The notes under the pieces: model-generated
Seen by the model: only the letters and a program-made list of their open reading frames with translations
The model's database searches: none
What the model was told of the DNA's origin: nothing
NCBI GenBank assembly: GCA_016934315.1
Contig: JAFGSY010000011.1
Location: 493-64,492 of the forward strand
Source of the DNA: Candidatus Anaeroferrophillus wilburensis
GTDB taxonomy: Bacteria > Desulfobacterota > Anaeroferrophillalia > Anaeroferrophillales > Anaeroferrophillaceae
DNA length: 64,000 nt
Reading direction: 5' to 3'
In this document: piece after piece, positions 39,130 to 49,447 of the stretch
Layout: each line of letters opens with the position of its first letter
How positions within the stretch are numbered: the first letter of the stretch is position 1
Program-made: the position numbers and the translations under genes

Positions 39130-40998
39130 TCAATTCCGCACCTTTTCCGGTTTGATCAACACCATCAGCATCATAGGCTGATGGAAACTGACCAGTTGCC
39201 GGCGAAACTGCTGGTAGGTGGAATCTGCCGGCAGGATGGTGCGTTTCAGTTCAATGGTTCTGTTGTAGAGCAGGTGATTGCCAGCCATGGCGGCGGTTGT
39301 TTCCCATGTGATGCCGGGCAGTTCTCCGGCAGTGGATAAGGGGATCGTGCTGCAGGTGCTCATGGCCGGCAGGGAGATGGTGAGCTCCAGGTTGTCGGCG
39401 AAAGGGGTGTCAATCATCAGAGCTGTCCGCCGATCCGGCAGGCAGGTTGTGAATTCCCCTGGCAGCGCCGGCGTTGGAATGGTGAAGAGGGAGTATCCGC
39501 CGACCATGGGAAGTGTCCGGGGAATGGTGAAACGGCACTCGATGATAACCGGTTGCTGCAGCTCCTCAAGGCCGCTGGTGGTTAATGACCCGTCTATGAC
39601 CGCCAGCGGATCAATGGCATGGAGAAACCGGGAGGCAGTAATCTGGCGTTCCTCTGGTGACAGATAGCGCCATTGCTTTCTGGCATCCACTGCCGCCTCT
39701 CCGCTAAGTACCGTTTTTATGCTGCCGGCAAGCTGGTTTTCGGCGGTCAGGGAGATGTCCATCTTGGTATGCTGCTGGTTAGGGTAAGAGGTGATGACTG
39801 GCACCAGACTGCCGTCGGCCATGCTCAGTGCCAACTGATCTTCGCAGCCGGTAAAGCCGGGTGGCAGTTCCTGCCGCTCGAAGGAGTAGTCTTTGCTGCG
39901 GCAGCGAACCAGGGGATTGCTCAGCAGTTCCGGAGAGGGGGCGGCTGAAAGATCAGTCAAAAAAATACCGGAGGTGTTGCTCCACAGCAGTGTGGCCGGA
40001 ATCCGAAGGTGCTGGAGGACCTGGTAGAAAAGCAGGGCCAAGTCGGCCGGCGTGCCATATCCCTGGGCCAGCGTTTCTGCTGCTGGCTGTGGGGTCAGGT
40101 CGGTTGCCAGAAAACTGATGGGGTTGGGCGTTATCTGGCGCATCAGCGATTCATACAGCCGGTCGACGGTGGATATCTCCAGGGCAAAGGGCTCCAGGTT
40201 GAGAGCTGTCAAGGTGCCGGCTGATGGGGCGATGCGGTCTGCATACCATGAGGAAACCTGTTGCCAGCTGCCAAAGGTGGAAAGCAACAGGCTGAAGTCC
40301 TGGTTTTCGCTCCGGGGTGTCAGTTGTTCAGGGACCTGTTTGGGCAGCATGACGGCTTCCCAGCAATAGGTGGTCGTTTCGTTTTCGTGCCGCTGTTTTG
40401 TGCCGCTGATGCCTGCGGGTTCCCGAAAATAGAGAGAGAGGCTGTCAGGGACGGTTACGGATACACTTTTTTTGCTGATTGGATCGTCAAGGCGAAACAG
40501 CTCTTCAGCCCAGAACCCGAGGCGGGAGTGGAGGGTCAGTTCAATATCTATGGTGGCCCCGGGAACCACCGACGGCAGGTTGACGATTTTTTGCCGGCTG
40601 TGGGAATGGATGGAAGCATTGGCAGTCCAAGGAGCCAGAATATCATGCACCTCCCCGGTGTCGGCGGCAATCACCGATCCCTCAGGCGTGGTGGTTTCAG
40701 CCTTCTCGATGGTGACGCTCTGGTAACTGTCATTGTAGGCAAGTTTGAAGTCGGCATAGTTCTTTTTACCCTTGTAGGTGATGATTTTACGAACCACATG
40801 AATTTGGAGATCATAACTGCCATTCTGGTTGACCGTGTACCGTTTGTCAATCAACAGGGTTAGGGCGTCGGCATCCTGCAGCCAGTCGGCTGGTGGGGAG
40901 GATGTTGTGCCCCGGGCTGCCGACGTCCCAAGGGTTGCAAAGAGCAGGATGACAAACACGAGCCGTAAAAAATAGTTGCTGTGTCGCTGGGGATGCAT
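39130..40998 (-). CDS. Exported DUF3857 protein with degenerate transglutaminase-like core
   Basis: Signal peptide; same layout as 41949-43934, but GYGTPADLALL replaces the Cys motif. Confidence 0.72.
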   Translation of the reverse strand: MHPQRHSNYFLRLVFVILLFATLGTSAARGTTSSPPADWLQDADALTLLIDKRYTVNQNGSYDLQIHVVRKIITYKGKKNYADFKLAYNDSYQSVTIEKAETTTPEGSVIAADTGEVHDILAPWTANASIHSHSRQKIVNLPSVVPGATIDIELTLHSRLGFWAEELFRLDDPISKKSVSVTVPDSLSLYFREPAGISGTKQRHENETTTYCWEAVMLPKQVPEQLTPRSENQDFSLLLSTFGSWQQVSSWYADRIAPSAGTLTALNLEPFALEISTVDRLYESLMRQITPNPISFLATDLTPQPAAETLAQGYGTPADLALLFYQVLQHLRIPATLLWSNTSGIFLTDLSAAPSPELLSNPLVRCRSKDYSFERQELPPGFTGCEDQLALSMADGSLVPVITSYPNQQHTKMDISLTAENQLAGSIKTVLSGEAAVDARKQWRYLSPEERQITASRFLHAIDPLAVIDGSLTTSGLEELQQPVIIECRFTIPRTLPMVGGYSLFTIPTPALPGEFTTCLPDRRTALMIDTPFADNLELTISLPAMSTCSTIPLSTAGELPGITWETTAAMAGNHLLYNRTIELKRTILPADSTYQQFRRQLVSFHQPMMLMVLIKPEKVRN

Positions 40999-41017
40999 GA
41001 TTTTCTTCCTTTTCCTA

Positions 41018-41046
41018 TTGACAATTTCAATGTGAATTACTAAGGT
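41018..41046 (+). promoter_or_regulatory. Sigma70-type promoter for the HesB-like gene
   Basis: TTGACA-17 nt-TAAGGT. Confidence 0.55.
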
Positions 41047-41105
41047 AATAGCGATTATCAATTCAAAAGCCTGATCTTTCTTCAGGTGCAAAACAGGAGG
41101 CGTAC

Positions 41106-41429
41106 ATGTTTGAAGTTACCGAGGCGGCGCAAAAGGAGATTGCCGCGTATTTTCAGGGAAAAGAATCGTTGCCGATCAGGGTGTTTCTCCAAGAAGGCGG
41201 GTGAAGCGGCCCAGCGATATCGATGGCCATCGATAAGGACAAAAAAGAGAGTGATCATGTGTATGAGATTGCCGGGTTTGAATATCTGGTCGATAAGGAT
41301 TTTATGGTGAAAGCTGCCCCGATCAAGGTAGATTTCAACGGTTTTGGTTTTCAGCTTACCTCCAATGTTCCCATTGCTGGTGGTGGTTCCTGCGGCGGTT
41401 GCGGCTCCAGCAGCTCCTGCTGCAGCTGA
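41106..41429 (+). CDS. IscA/HesB-like selenoprotein (Sec at codon 33)
   Basis: AGGAGG RBS, ATG at 41106. MFEVTEAAQKEI...IRVFLQEGG-(TGA 41202-41204)-SGPAISMAID continues in frame to GGGSCGGCGSSSSCCS. The TGA sits at the conserved Cys of GGC.GP. Confidence 0.9.
41218..41235 (+). promoter_or_regulatory. Candidate bacterial SECIS hairpin
   Basis: TATCGAT-GGCC-ATCGATA; the G-starting apical loop is 20 nt after the TGA. Confidence 0.65.
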
Positions 41430-41454
41430 TCCAGATTGCGTGCCGGGTTGTGGC

Positions 41455-41488
41455 AAAGAGGCAGCACCTGTACAGGTGCTGCCTCTTT
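41455..41488. terminator. Bidirectional terminator between convergent genes
   Basis: Perfect 34-bp palindrome AAAGAGGCAGCACCTGTACAGGTGCTGCCTCTTT. Confidence 0.8.
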
Positions 41489-41517
41489 TATTGTGTAGTT
41501 GCCGGTTGTGAGGCATA

Positions 41518-41892
41518 TCAGGTAATGATCTTGCCGATATCCTTAGCTCCGGGGACAACAATCCTCGAAGACTGCTGTCGCTGATATTCCTTGGCTTCTT
41601 CGATCATTTTTTCAACGGCGTCATTGACCGCCTGGGGAAAGTTTGTCATTGCTTCTTCCAGGGTTCGGCCGGCAATGGGGCATTGTACCGGCAGCATGCC
41701 GGCCTGGGTCAGCAGCTGGGTGTGGCCGATGAAGATGATTTCTCTGGTTTCATCCACCGTGCCATCGCTTTTGACCGGGATGAGTTTTTTAATCGTTGCC
41801 ATCTGTAAATCGGAAAAAGTTTCTTCGCGATAAAGGTTACTCCGGTCAACAGAGATCTGGTCGGTGAGGTTGGGTTGATTTCCGCTAAACAT
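41518..41892 (-). CDS. Hypothetical cytoplasmic protein
   Basis: AGGAG RBS; NLYREETFSDL...SSRIVVPG. Confidence 0.78.
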   Translation of the reverse strand: MFSGNQPNLTDQISVDRSNLYREETFSDLQMATIKKLIPVKSDGTVDETREIIFIGHTQLLTQAGMLPVQCPIAGRTLEEAMTNFPQAVNDAVEKMIEEAKEYQRQQSSRIVVPGAKDIGKIIT

Positions 41893-41948
41893 GGTTCTCC
41901 TTTTCTGTCATGTGAGGTTTGAAGTTGCCTTATTGCCTTGTTGCCGTA

Positions 41949-43934
41949 TCATGGCTTTCTGGTAATCAGAATGGGTAGCAGTACCTCCTGGTTGCGGTCA
42001 TGCTGGAGGGAGGTAATTTCCTGGTACGAGGCAGCTGGGACCTCCAGTTGCTTGAGGGCAAAGGTGCGGGTGATGGTCAGCTGTTCTTCCCCTTTGCCGA
42101 CATAGAGAGTTTGGTAGTTGAAATACTTAGTGTCAATTGCCGTAGCGGGTGGCAGTTCCAGCTGCTGTAACAGAGGGTTGGCGGCAATCTGTTCCTCGAC
42201 AACCGTGCTGTAGGTGTATCCCAGGCGGAGCGGGTAGCTTCTGGTGGTCATATCCGCTTTGCCAAGAATCCAGCGGTCCAGGATGCCGGGGTCGGCCATA
42301 TTGCTGGCCGGCAGGAAAATGCCTCTCTGCTGGTCCAGCCAGCGGATAGCGTCGGGAAGACTGAATGAACAGGAAAAGGTGAACAGAGTTGCCCGGTCAG
42401 CCGGGTCTGACCAGTTGAGATTGGTGACCTTTATTTCCGGCCGCCGCCGCAAAATCATCTGCTCAAGGAAATCTTTCTGTTCTTCCCGGCTGCGGCGCAT
42501 GAGGAGTGAGCGCATGGCGGTGTCGGCGAAACCACGACAGGTGGCGGTGATCGTTCCGGCAAGGCTGTTATCCGGCTGGATCCGGTCATTGATGTGGAGG
42601 GAGAACCGGTTTTCCTCCGGCAGTACCGGCGGTATCAGACTCAGGGAGGTGCCCTGCTGGTCGGCGATCAGATAGGAGGCATCCCGTTCATAATCAGGCA
42701 GCAACTGCCGACTGGTTTCCGATGTAGGATCCATAAACCAGGCCGGTTCACCCTTGCTGTTGCTGGCCACCGTGATGGCATGGTTGAAATAGGGCAGGGG
42801 AATTTCACGATCCAGCTTTTCGTCAAGGCTTATCAGGACCGGGTTGGCTGCAAAACCGGCCAGCCTCAGCATGCTGACCAGCAGGGCGGCCTTGTCGCGG
42901 CACACCCCATGCCGACGGCTGAAAGTCAGGCCAACGTCGTGGGGTTCAAAGCCGGGCCGGTCGGTTTCAGTGGTGATTCCCATATAGCGGACCTGCTGGG
43001 CAACAAAATAGTAGACGGCGGTTATTTTTTCCTCGGCAGTGTGTTTCCCGGCCGTCAAGGTTGCAACCATTTCCGTCATTTCAGGGGTCGGTTTCAGTTT
43101 GGGTTCCACCAGCTCATGGTACCAACGTGATATTTGTTCCCATGAATCAAGGGATGAAAACAGCAGACGCATTGCTACCTGTCTGAGGGGCGGCATCGAG
43201 GGTTCGGGAACCACTGGTGGTACGTCTTTGAAAGTCCAGTTTCTGATCACCAGATTTTTTTCCTTTTCTTCATGATAGCTGACGCAGCCGGCAACCTCAT
43301 CCTTTATCAGGTGGTTGATGGGCAGTGAAGCGGGTCCCTTCAGGGTGAAATGGTAGGTGCGGATGGGAAAGAGATACTGTCCCAACACCATGCCATACAT
43401 CTGGTCAGGGATGATTGTCTTGAAACGTTCCTGCCTGGTCAGGTAATGAATGGTGTCACCGATCTCCAGACCTGGGAGGAAAATGTTGATTGTCCGCTGG
43501 TTGGGATTGTAGATATTCATCCTGCTGTTGCGGGTTGATGTATCCTCCCGGGAGTTCTTTTCAAAGTCAACCGAAAGCAGCCGGCCGTCCGGCTTGATGA
43601 TCTCCAGGAGGGGGATATCCAACTTTGCATAGGAGCGGTTTACCTGGAAAGATAACACGCCATGTTCCTGTTTTCCCTGCTCATCCAATATGGTGAGGAA
43701 AACCTCGTCTTCAGCTCTGGAAGTGCCGTTGGCCGCATAGGTAATGGTTTCTTTTTCCAAAGCCAGGACAGCATGGGCATGGGGATACTGCCTCCTGGTA
43801 ATCTGGGCCAGAAAAGCAAAGTTTTGCGTTGCTGCCGCAGCCGGATAGCTGATGGCCAGGATGGAAAAAAACACCATGGCCGGCACAATGTTGATGAACT
43901 GCTGCCTCATGTGGGAGCTGAATGGTCTGAGCAT
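41949..43934 (-). CDS. Exported DUF3857 plus transglutaminase-like protein
   Basis: Signal peptide; triad motifs GVCRDKAALL, FNHAI, FMDPT. Start uncertain. Confidence 0.85.
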   Translation of the reverse strand: MLRPFSSHMRQQFINIVPAMVFFSILAISYPAAAATQNFAFLAQITRRQYPHAHAVLALEKETITYAANGTSRAEDEVFLTILDEQGKQEHGVLSFQVNRSYAKLDIPLLEIIKPDGRLLSVDFEKNSREDTSTRNSRMNIYNPNQRTINIFLPGLEIGDTIHYLTRQERFKTIIPDQMYGMVLGQYLFPIRTYHFTLKGPASLPINHLIKDEVAGCVSYHEEKEKNLVIRNWTFKDVPPVVPEPSMPPLRQVAMRLLFSSLDSWEQISRWYHELVEPKLKPTPEMTEMVATLTAGKHTAEEKITAVYYFVAQQVRYMGITTETDRPGFEPHDVGLTFSRRHGVCRDKAALLVSMLRLAGFAANPVLISLDEKLDREIPLPYFNHAITVASNSKGEPAWFMDPTSETSRQLLPDYERDASYLIADQQGTSLSLIPPVLPEENRFSLHINDRIQPDNSLAGTITATCRGFADTAMRSLLMRRSREEQKDFLEQMILRRRPEIKVTNLNWSDPADRATLFTFSCSFSLPDAIRWLDQQRGIFLPASNMADPGILDRWILGKADMTTRSYPLRLGYTYSTVVEEQIAANPLLQQLELPPATAIDTKYFNYQTLYVGKGEEQLTITRTFALKQLEVPAASYQEITSLQHDRNQEVLLPILITRKP

Positions 43935-44119
43935 GCTGATCCGCTGATGGAAGTTGGGATAAACAACTTTATTTATCGAAGGAGTTATAGTAGACTAGCC
44001 CGGTTTTTTTTGCAACACTATTGACCGGTTTTGTTCCCGGTGGCCTTGCTGCTGTCGGTTGTCTGCTTTCATTGCAACGCGGTCGCAGGAACCATGCCGT
44101 TTGAGGAGGAAAGGGGAGT

Positions 44120-45022
44120 ATGGAATTTTATGACATTCTCAATGTAATCGGCAATACGCCGATTCTCAGGTTGGCGAAGGTTTCGTCCATTCCCATCTTT
44201 GCAAAAGCCGAATACCTGAATCCTGGTGGCAGCGTCAAAGATCGGGTGGCAAAATACATGATTACCCAGGCTGAGAAAAGAGGTGATTTGCAGCCCGGAT
44301 CGGTGATTATCGAGGCAACATCGGGAAATACCGGCATTGCCGTGGCCTTCGTCGGCATTCACCGCGGTTATCGGGTGATTATCGTCATGCCAGAAGATAT
44401 GAGTGAGGAAAGAAAAAAGATTATTCGGGCCCTGGGGGCCGAACTGGTGCTGACCCCCTCACAAGAGAGTCTGACCGGTTCAGTCAATAAAGTGAAAGAG
44501 CTGGCAGCCGGGATTCCCAATGCCTATGTTGTCGGCCAGTTTGAAAATCCTGACAACCCGGAAGTTCATTACCTAACCACCGGGGCGGAGCTGTGGAAAC
44601 AGTTGGAAGGCAATGTTGATGCTTTTGTCGCCGGGGTTGGCAGCGGTGGAACGTTGGGCGGTGCCGGCAAGTTTCTTAAAGAACAGAATTCCCTGGTGAA
44701 AATTGTTGCGGTGGAGCCGGAAAATTCAGCTGCCCTTCTCGGTCAGGAGCCTGGCCTGCACCAGATTCAGGGCATCGGTGATGGCTTTGTGCCGCCGGTG
44801 CTGGATGTTTCACTGATTGATGAGGTGGTGACCGTCAGTGATGAGAATGCCATTGAGATGGCCCGTAAGCTGGCTGGCTGTGAAGGTACGCTGGTGGGAA
44901 CATCTTCAGGAGCCAACGTTTGGGCGGCCATTAAGGTTGCCCGGGAGCTTGGTCCCGACAAGAGGGTGGTAACCATTCTGCCGGATCGTATTGAGCGCTA
45001 TTTCAGTACCAGCCTGATCTGA
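44120..45022 (+). CDS. cysK: Cysteine synthase A
   Basis: NPGGSVKDR, EATSGNTG, GVGSGGT, HQIQGIG, GTSSGAN. Confidence 0.93.
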   Translation: MEFYDILNVIGNTPILRLAKVSSIPIFAKAEYLNPGGSVKDRVAKYMITQAEKRGDLQPGSVIIEATSGNTGIAVAFVGIHRGYRVIIVMPEDMSEERKKIIRALGAELVLTPSQESLTGSVNKVKELAAGIPNAYVVGQFENPDNPEVHYLTTGAELWKQLEGNVDAFVAGVGSGGTLGGAGKFLKEQNSLVKIVAVEPENSAALLGQEPGLHQIQGIGDGFVPPVLDVSLIDEVVTVSDENAIEMARKLAGCEGTLVGTSSGANVWAAIKVARELGPDKRVVTILPDRIERYFSTSLI

Positions 45023-45040
45023 ATCGGGCAAGGAGCTTTT

Positions 45041-46516
45041 ATGGAATTATATGCGCAGACGCTGACCCAGCTGCAGCAGAAGCTGCAGCGCCGTGAGGTT
45101 TCAGCGATGGAGATAACCGAGTCAGTTCTGAGGCGGATAGGTGAGGTTGACCAGCAGGTTGGTTCCTATCTGCTGGTGGATGTGATCGGGGCCCGTGCAC
45201 AGGCCGCTGAGGCCGATCGGCGGCTGGCGGCCGGAGAAGCGGTGTCGCCGGTGACCGGCATTCCCCTTGGTCTCAAGGATTTGTTGTCAACCAAGGGAAT
45301 GCGGACTACCTGTGCCTCCAAAATTCTCGAGCACTATGTTCCCGCCTACGATGCCACCGTGGTTCACCGGCTGCGGCAGGCTGGAGCGGTGCTGACCGGC
45401 AAACTTAATATGGATGAGTTCGCCATGGGGTCATCAACGGAAAACTCAGCATTTCAGCTCACCAGAAATCCTTGGAACCTTGAATGTGTCCCCGGTGGTT
45501 CCAGTGGCGGTTCGGCATCCGCGGTGGCGGCCGATGAATGTATTGCTTCTCTGGGCTCCGATACCGGCGGCTCCATTCGTCAACCGGCGTCCTTTTGCGG
45601 GGTTGTTGGCTTGAAACCCACCTATGGCCGGGTTTCCCGCTACGGCCTGGTGGCTTTTGCCTCTTCTCTGGATCAGATCGGTACCTTCACTAAAACGGTA
45701 GCCGATGCTGCCCTGCTGCTATCGGTTGTCGCCGGCTATGATCACCATGATTCCACATCGGTCAAAGAACCGGTGCCAACCTGGCATACCCTCCTTGATC
45801 GTGATCTTCGTTCCCTGACGGTGGGAATTCCCCAGGAGTATTTTGTCGAAGGGATGGATACCGAGGTGGAACAAGCTGTGCGGCGGGCCATCGGTTTTTT
45901 TGCAGATCAGGGAGCCACTATAAGGGAAGTAAATCTGCCCCATAGCGACTATGCGGTTGCTACCTACTACCTGGTGGCCACCGCTGAAGCAAGCTCTAAT
46001 CTGGCCCGCTATGACGGGGTGAAGTACGGTTATCGGTCACCCGATGCTGACGGTTTGCTAGAGATGTATTGCCAGACCAGGTCCGAGGGTTTTGGCCCGG
46101 AAGTTAAGCGCCGGATTATGCTGGGAACCTATGCCCTATCAGCCGGCTACTACGATGCCTACTATAAAAAGGCCCAACAGGTGCGGACTCTGATCAAGCA
46201 AGATTTTGAAACTGTGTTTTCCTCTTGCGATATCATTGTCTCGCCCGTATCGCCGACACCGGCCTTCAGGATCGGCGAGAAGGTTGATGACCCGCTGCAG
46301 ATGTATCTTACCGATATTCTGACGATTCCGGTAAACCTTGCCGGCCTGCCGGCCCTCTCGCTGCCTTGCGGCTTCAGCAAGTCGGGGCTGCCCATTGGTT
46401 TGCAGATGATTGCCAGGCCGTTTGCCGAAGAATCCCTTTTCCAGGCTGCCCATCAGTATGAACAGGCAACCGACTGGCATCGGGAAAAACCGGTCATTAA
46501 TGGGAGCGCAAACTGA
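45041..46516 (+). CDS. gatA: Asp/Glu-tRNA amidotransferase subunit A
   Basis: [42 protein letters not shown]. Confidence 0.98.
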   Translation: MELYAQTLTQLQQKLQRREVSAMEITESVLRRIGEVDQQVGSYLLVDVIGARAQAAEADRRLAAGEAVSPVTGIPLGLKDLLSTKGMRTTCASKILEHYVPAYDATVVHRLRQAGAVLTGKLNMDEFAMGSSTENSAFQLTRNPWNLECVPGGSSGGSASAVAADECIASLGSDTGGSIRQPASFCGVVGLKPTYGRVSRYGLVAFASSLDQIGTFTKTVADAALLLSVVAGYDHHDSTSVKEPVPTWHTLLDRDLRSLTVGIPQEYFVEGMDTEVEQAVRRAIGFFADQGATIREVNLPHSDYAVATYYLVATAEASSNLARYDGVKYGYRSPDADGLLEMYCQTRSEGFGPEVKRRIMLGTYALSAGYYDAYYKKAQQVRTLIKQDFETVFSSCDIIVSPVSPTPAFRIGEKVDDPLQMYLTDILTIPVNLAGLPALSLPCGFSKSGLPIGLQMIARPFAEESLFQAAHQYEQATDWHREKPVINGSAN

Positions 46517-46566
46517 TGAGAAACATCTTGCCTTTCTAGGGTTACCCATCCGTTATGGAGAGTCAC

Positions 46567-48015
46567 ATGGATTTTGAAGTTGTAATCGGGCTGGAAGTGC
46601 ATGCCCAGCTACGGACGAAAACAAAAATATTCTGCTCCTGCGCCACCTCTTTTGGTGATGAGCCGAACGCCAATACCTGTCCGGTATGTACCGGCCTGCC
46701 CGGAGCCCTGCCGGTTCTTAACCGCCGGGTAGTTGAATATGCGGTGAAAGCCGGTTTGGCTACCAACTGTCAGATTGTCAATGATAGTGTTTTTGCCCGC
46801 AAGAATTATTTTTATCCCGATTTGCCCAAAGGGTACCAGATTTCTCAGTTTGACCGTCCCATCTGTTTGGGTGGTTATCTCGATATCAAGGTTGCCGGCC
46901 AGGAGCAGAAGCGGATTGGCATTACTCGCATCCATATGGAAGAGGATGCCGGCAAGCTGGTTCATCCAGAGCACCTCTACGGGGTTAGTTATGTGGACTA
47001 TAACCGTGCCTGCGTACCATTGTTGGAAATTGTCAGTGAACCGGATATGCGCAGTTCGGCTGAAGCTGTCGCCTACCTCAGGGCACTACGGGATATCCTG
47101 GTCTATCTGGAGATCTGTGATGGCAATATGGAGGAGGGCAGTTTTCGCTGTGATGCCAATGTTTCCATCCGTCCTTTTGGGCAGCAGGAATTTGGCACCC
47201 GGGCGGAACTGAAGAATATGAACTCCTTCCGCAACGTCCAGCGGGCAATTGAGTACGAGGTGGAGCGCCAGCGGAAAGTCATTGCCGGCGGCGGCCAAGT
47301 GGTTCAGGAAACCCGGCTGTGGGATGTTGAGAAAGCCATGACCATTTCCATGAGAGGTAAGGAAGAGGCCCATGACTACCGCTATTTCCCCGATCCTGAT
47401 CTGCTACCGGTTCAGATTCCTGCAGAGTGGATTTCTGATTTGGGTGCGTCATTGCCTGAATTGCCCCAAGCCAAAAAGACCCGTTTTATCAGTACCTATG
47501 AACTTGCCGAGGTGGATGCTGAAGGCTTGACCAGCAGCCGGGCGCTGGCTGATTTTTTTGAAGAAGCAGTGAAACGGTTTGCCAATCCGAAAATGGTCAG
47601 CAATTGGGTCATGTCCGAGCTGCTCCGCTACCTTAACGATGAGAAAACGTCAATTGATGCATGTCCCGTAACTCCGGCCGGCCTGGCCGCGCTGTTGGCC
47701 ATGATTGAGGCCGGGACAATCAGTGGTAAGATAGCTAAAAAAGTTTTTGCCACCATGTACCGGGAGCGGCAGAATGATCCCGCCGCTATTGTTGCCGCCC
47801 AGGGGCTGGTGCAGATTGATGACACCAGCGCCTTGGCGGAAGTTGTCCGGCAGGTGCTGGCGGCCAACCCGGCCGAAGTTGAAAAATACTATGGTGGCAA
47901 ACAGAAGGTGTTTGGTTTCCTTGTCGGACAGGTGATGCGGCAGACCAGGGGCCAAGCAAATCCCGGCCTGGTTAATGAATTGCTCCAGCAGCAGCTTGAT
48001 GCCGGTCGGCCCTGA
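46567..48015 (+). CDS. gatB: Asp/Glu-tRNA amidotransferase subunit B
   Basis: [45 protein letters not shown]. Confidence 0.98.
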   Translation: MDFEVVIGLEVHAQLRTKTKIFCSCATSFGDEPNANTCPVCTGLPGALPVLNRRVVEYAVKAGLATNCQIVNDSVFARKNYFYPDLPKGYQISQFDRPICLGGYLDIKVAGQEQKRIGITRIHMEEDAGKLVHPEHLYGVSYVDYNRACVPLLEIVSEPDMRSSAEAVAYLRALRDILVYLEICDGNMEEGSFRCDANVSIRPFGQQEFGTRAELKNMNSFRNVQRAIEYEVERQRKVIAGGGQVVQETRLWDVEKAMTISMRGKEEAHDYRYFPDPDLLPVQIPAEWISDLGASLPELPQAKKTRFISTYELAEVDAEGLTSSRALADFFEEAVKRFANPKMVSNWVMSELLRYLNDEKTSIDACPVTPAGLAALLAMIEAGTISGKIAKKVFATMYRERQNDPAAIVAAQGLVQIDDTSALAEVVRQVLAANPAEVEKYYGGKQKVFGFLVGQVMRQTRGQANPGLVNELLQQQLDAGRP

Positions 48016-48057
48016 AACGGTAATGCGGCCGGCGGGGCAAGTAACGTCTATCTTTTA

Positions 48058-48098
48058 ATGAGACATTATTGTCTCATCTCAAGGACAAAATCGTCTCA
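48058..48098. promoter_or_regulatory. Tandem upstream activator sites for a sigma54 enhancer-binding protein
   Basis: Perfect palindrome ATGAGACA-TTAT-TGTCTCAT and a degenerate copy AGGACA-AAAT-CGTCTCA offset by 22 bp. Confidence 0.65.
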
Positions 48099-48176
48099 CT
48101 GGGTAGTTTTCGTCCCGTACCTGAAAGGGCAGCCGGAAGCCGTTGATGGTGATGGGTGTCCTTGTTTTTTTAGTTA

Positions 48177-48189
48177 TAACCTTTTGATA
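48177..48189 (-). promoter_or_regulatory. IHF-type site
   Basis: Minus strand TATCAAAAGGTTA matches WATCAANNNNTTR. Confidence 0.6.
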
Positions 48190-48253
48190 TCATAAGCAAT
48201 TAATCTTTTATGGTGGTATATTGACGGCAGTCAATGGTTGGCTGGTTCTTTTT

Positions 48254-48269
48254 TGGTATAATTTTTGCT
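48254..48269 (+). promoter_or_regulatory. Sigma54 -24/-12 promoter of lpxC
   Basis: TGGTATAATTTTTGCT has exact GG-N10-GC spacing. Confidence 0.7.
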
Positions 48270-48361
48270 TTTGTCTAGAGCCGTGTGGCTGTCCGTATTT
48301 CATTGACTATGATTTCCCGTGATAAGCTTCTTACGGGAGATGACTGATAAAGGAAAGAGTG

Positions 48362-49285
48362 ATGCTTTTTCAAAGAACATTGAAAAAAGAGATCTATGCA
48401 ACGGGTATCGGGTTGCATTCAGGGAAGAAAGTTACCATTGTTCTGCAGCCTGCGCCGGTGGACCATGGCATCCTCTTTGTGCGGGTGGCCGGGGAACAGC
48501 GTATCCTCATCGAGGCGGTTGCCGAACATGTGGTGGCCACCAACTACGCCACCTCATTGGGTAAAGATGGGGTGCAGATCGGAACTGTGGAACATCTGCT
48601 TGCGGCTTTGTACGGTATGGGTGTTGATAACGCCCTTATAGAGGTTCACGGTGATGAGATTCCCATTATGGATGGTAGTGCCAGTCCTTTTGTTTTTCTG
48701 ATCAAAACCGCTGGTATTGTATCCCAGTCTGCACCGAAGAAATTTCTGGTGATCAGGGACAATGTAACCGTTACCGAGGGAGATAAGTGGATTTCTCTGG
48801 AGCCGGCCGCCTCGCTGTCGATTTCCTGCTTGATTGATTTTGCTCATCCGCTGATCCGTAAACAGGCTTATACCCTTGATTTTACCGATCGTCATTTTGA
48901 ACGCCAGATCAGCCGCGCCCGCACCTTCGGTTTCCTGAAAGAGGTTGAGATGCTTAAAGCGCATAATCTGGCTCAGGGTGGATCCCTGGAAAATGCAGTT
49001 GTCCTGGATGACTTCGGGGTGATGAATGAGGGCGGCTTGCGTTTCCCTGACGAGTTTGTCCGCCACAAAGTGCTTGATTGTCTGGGTGATATGAGCCTCT
49101 TGGGGATACCTCTTATTGCCCGGGTAACGGCCCATAAGGCAGGACATGCTCTCAACCATCAATTGGTAAAAGCAGTATGGTCGCAGCCTGAGGCCTGGGA
49201 AATTGTTACTCCCCTGGAAGGCCAGCCAGCCGCCGCCCGGGTTGCCTCTCCCCGGCAGACGGTGGCAGTGCCCCAATTTGCCTGA
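48362..49285 (+). CDS. lpxC: UDP-3-O-acyl-GlcNAc deacetylase
   Basis: QRTL, GIGLHSG, TVEHLLAAL, EIPIMDGSA, ARTFGF, HKVLDCLGD. Confidence 0.97.
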   Translation: MLFQRTLKKEIYATGIGLHSGKKVTIVLQPAPVDHGILFVRVAGEQRILIEAVAEHVVATNYATSLGKDGVQIGTVEHLLAALYGMGVDNALIEVHGDEIPIMDGSASPFVFLIKTAGIVSQSAPKKFLVIRDNVTVTEGDKWISLEPAASLSISCLIDFAHPLIRKQAYTLDFTDRHFERQISRARTFGFLKEVEMLKAHNLAQGGSLENAVVLDDFGVMNEGGLRFPDEFVRHKVLDCLGDMSLLGIPLIARVTAHKAGHALNHQLVKAVWSQPEAWEIVTPLEGQPAAARVASPRQTVAVPQFA

Positions 49286-49323
49286 TAGCATGCCGGAATT
49301 TTGAATCGTTGGCTGTTAACGAT

Positions 49324-49360
49324 AAAGCCCCCGGACCAACCTTTGGTCCGGGGGCTTTTT
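49324..49360. terminator. Bidirectional intrinsic terminator
   Basis: AAAGCCCCCGGACCAA-cct-TTGGTCCGGGGGCTTTTT. Confidence 0.85.
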
Positions 49361-49447
49361 GATGGATATGGTCAATGAAACTTTGCGGAACCAGGGGCGG
49401 ATGTATGTGTTAAGCTGGAGCACAGGTCAGGCGGCTTTGCATGGTTT

